From Candidatus Poribacteria bacterium (GTDB taxonomy: Bacteria; Poribacteria; WGA-4E; PCPOR2b): a DNA stretch of 64,000 nucleotides. The position numbers were made by a program, and so were the translations under genes. This document shows positions 63,079 to 64,000 of this stretch, one piece after another; within the stretch, counting starts at the first letter, position 1; each line of letters starts with the position of its first letter. Below the pieces are notes generated by a model. The model was not told where the DNA came from and did not search any database. It worked only from the letters and a program-made list of their open reading frames with translations. The DNA is taken from positions 480,001 to 544,000 of the forward strand of contig OZ244587.1 in NCBI GenBank assembly GCA_965218095.1. Reading direction: 5' to 3'.

Positions 63079-63107
63079 TTGACATTAAGGTGTGTATGAA
63101 ATATAAT
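63079..63107 (+). promoter_or_regulatory. Consensus sigma70 promoter of iscU-iscA
   Basis: TTGACA-N17-TATAAT, perfect match. Confidence 0.8.
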
Positions 63108-63147
63108 ATAAACTGTTCATTTCCGCTGATGTTGCTTGGAGACAGAT

Positions 63148-63534
63148 ATGCATACCTCGCAAGTTATGGATCATTATGAAAATCCGCGGAGTGTTGGCAC
63201 GATCAAAGACGCCGATGGGGTGGGAGTTGTTGGCACACCCGCTAGCGGCGATATGATGAAACTCACAATCAAGGTCTCTCAAGATCGGATTGTCGATGCA
63301 AAATTCAAGACATTTGGGTGTCCAACCGCAATCGCAGCAAGTTCCGTCATAACAGAACTCATCAAGGAATGCACCATTAAAGCGGCACTGAAAATTACGA
63401 ATCGGCAAGTCGATGAAGCGTTAGGGGGATTACCATCAGATAAAACTCACTATGCTGTGCTGGCTGAAAAGGTATTAAAAGCTGCAATTCATAACTATAT
63501 CTCACAAATAAATGAAGGAGGAGAATCAATATGA
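63148..63534 (+). CDS. iscU: IscU/NifU-N-like scaffold, atypical (two ligand Cys replaced)
   Basis: VMDHYENPR, GTPASGD, AKFKTFGC..AIAASS and LGGLP..KTHYAVLAE motifs. Confidence 0.85.
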   Translation: MHTSQVMDHYENPRSVGTIKDADGVGVVGTPASGDMMKLTIKVSQDRIVDAKFKTFGCPTAIAASSVITELIKECTIKAALKITNRQVDEALGGLPSDKTHYAVLAEKVLKAAIHNYISQINEGGESI

Positions 63535-63872
63535 TTACGGTCACTGAAACGGCTGCAAAAAAGGCGTTCCTGTTATTAGAAAAAACGATGGAAGGAGACG
63601 GCATGGATCCGGACAAGGAGCACGGTCTGCGTATGCAGGTTATTGGCGGCGGCTGCTCCGGTTTTCAGTATAATCTCGGATTCGATGAACAACGGAGCAG
63701 CGATAAAGTCTTTGAACACCACGGATTGAAGGTTCTCATTGACCCGCGCAGCACACTCTACCTCGCCGGTTCAACGCTAGACTATAAAGACGGTCTAATG
63801 GAGTCCGGTTTCAAAATTACCAACCCCAACGCGAAGTCTGAATGTGGTTGTGGAGAATCTTTCAGTGTGTAA
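63531..63872 (+). CDS. iscA: Fe-S cluster assembly accessory protein (HesB/IscA/ErpA)
   Basis: GGGCSGFQY and NPNAKSECGCGESF motifs. Confidence 0.92.
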   Translation: MITVTETAAKKAFLLLEKTMEGDGMDPDKEHGLRMQVIGGGCSGFQYNLGFDEQRSSDKVFEHHGLKVLIDPRSTLYLAGSTLDYKDGLMESGFKITNPNAKSECGCGESFSV

Positions 63873-63897
63873 ACCTGATTCGCGTTTTACAGGCACA

Positions 63898-63939
63898 GGG
63901 CAGGAAGCTCAAATTGAGTATCCTGCCCTTTTTTATTTT
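63898..63939 (+). terminator. Intrinsic terminator after iscA
   Basis: gggcagga-agctcaaattgagta-tcctgccc followed by a T-run. Confidence 0.8.
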
Positions 63940-64000
63940 GACAATGTTAAATTTCAGACCAAAGCCCGGTAACACATGTGCTTGCATCCCGATCCATCGG

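Overview
64 kb of bacterial chromosome. It is most likely a Candidatus Poribacteria-type (sponge-symbiont-like) genome, inferred from the LLQNFPNPFNPETWIPY...YWDGRN C-terminal domain, FG-GAP, ankyrin, LamG and DNRLRE proteins, and four phytanoyl-CoA dioxygenase genes. Housekeeping genes (fdhD, tpiA-secG, larB, rsmI, folB, waaA, trxA, thiD, clpB, uxuA, iscU-iscA) are interspersed with two defence regions. (1) A stand-alone dndC-dndD phosphorothioation operon, with no dndB, dndE or dndA in the window, ends 16 bp from a convergent SBD-HNH gene resembling a phosphorothioate-dependent restriction nuclease. This modify-versus-cut pairing is the best candidate for an undescribed system. (2) An island at ~49.9-61.6 kb holds a hicBA remnant, a HEPN-like gene, a fused R-M-S gene split by two inverted copies of one IS (both in the target ATTATTTAGT), and dcm-vsr-DUF4928. 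Mobile and repeat DNA includes two IS5-family elements, three ~159-bp MITEs sharing their ends, an IS1-like mini-element, several REP-like hairpins, dispersed 7-bp tandem repeats and a 4x16-bp tandem. About 15 pseudogenes and deletion chimeras point to active genome decay or assembly artefacts. The IscU lacks two of its three ligand cysteines. No rRNA, tRNA or CRISPR array was seen. All family calls come from motif recognition, not database searches.
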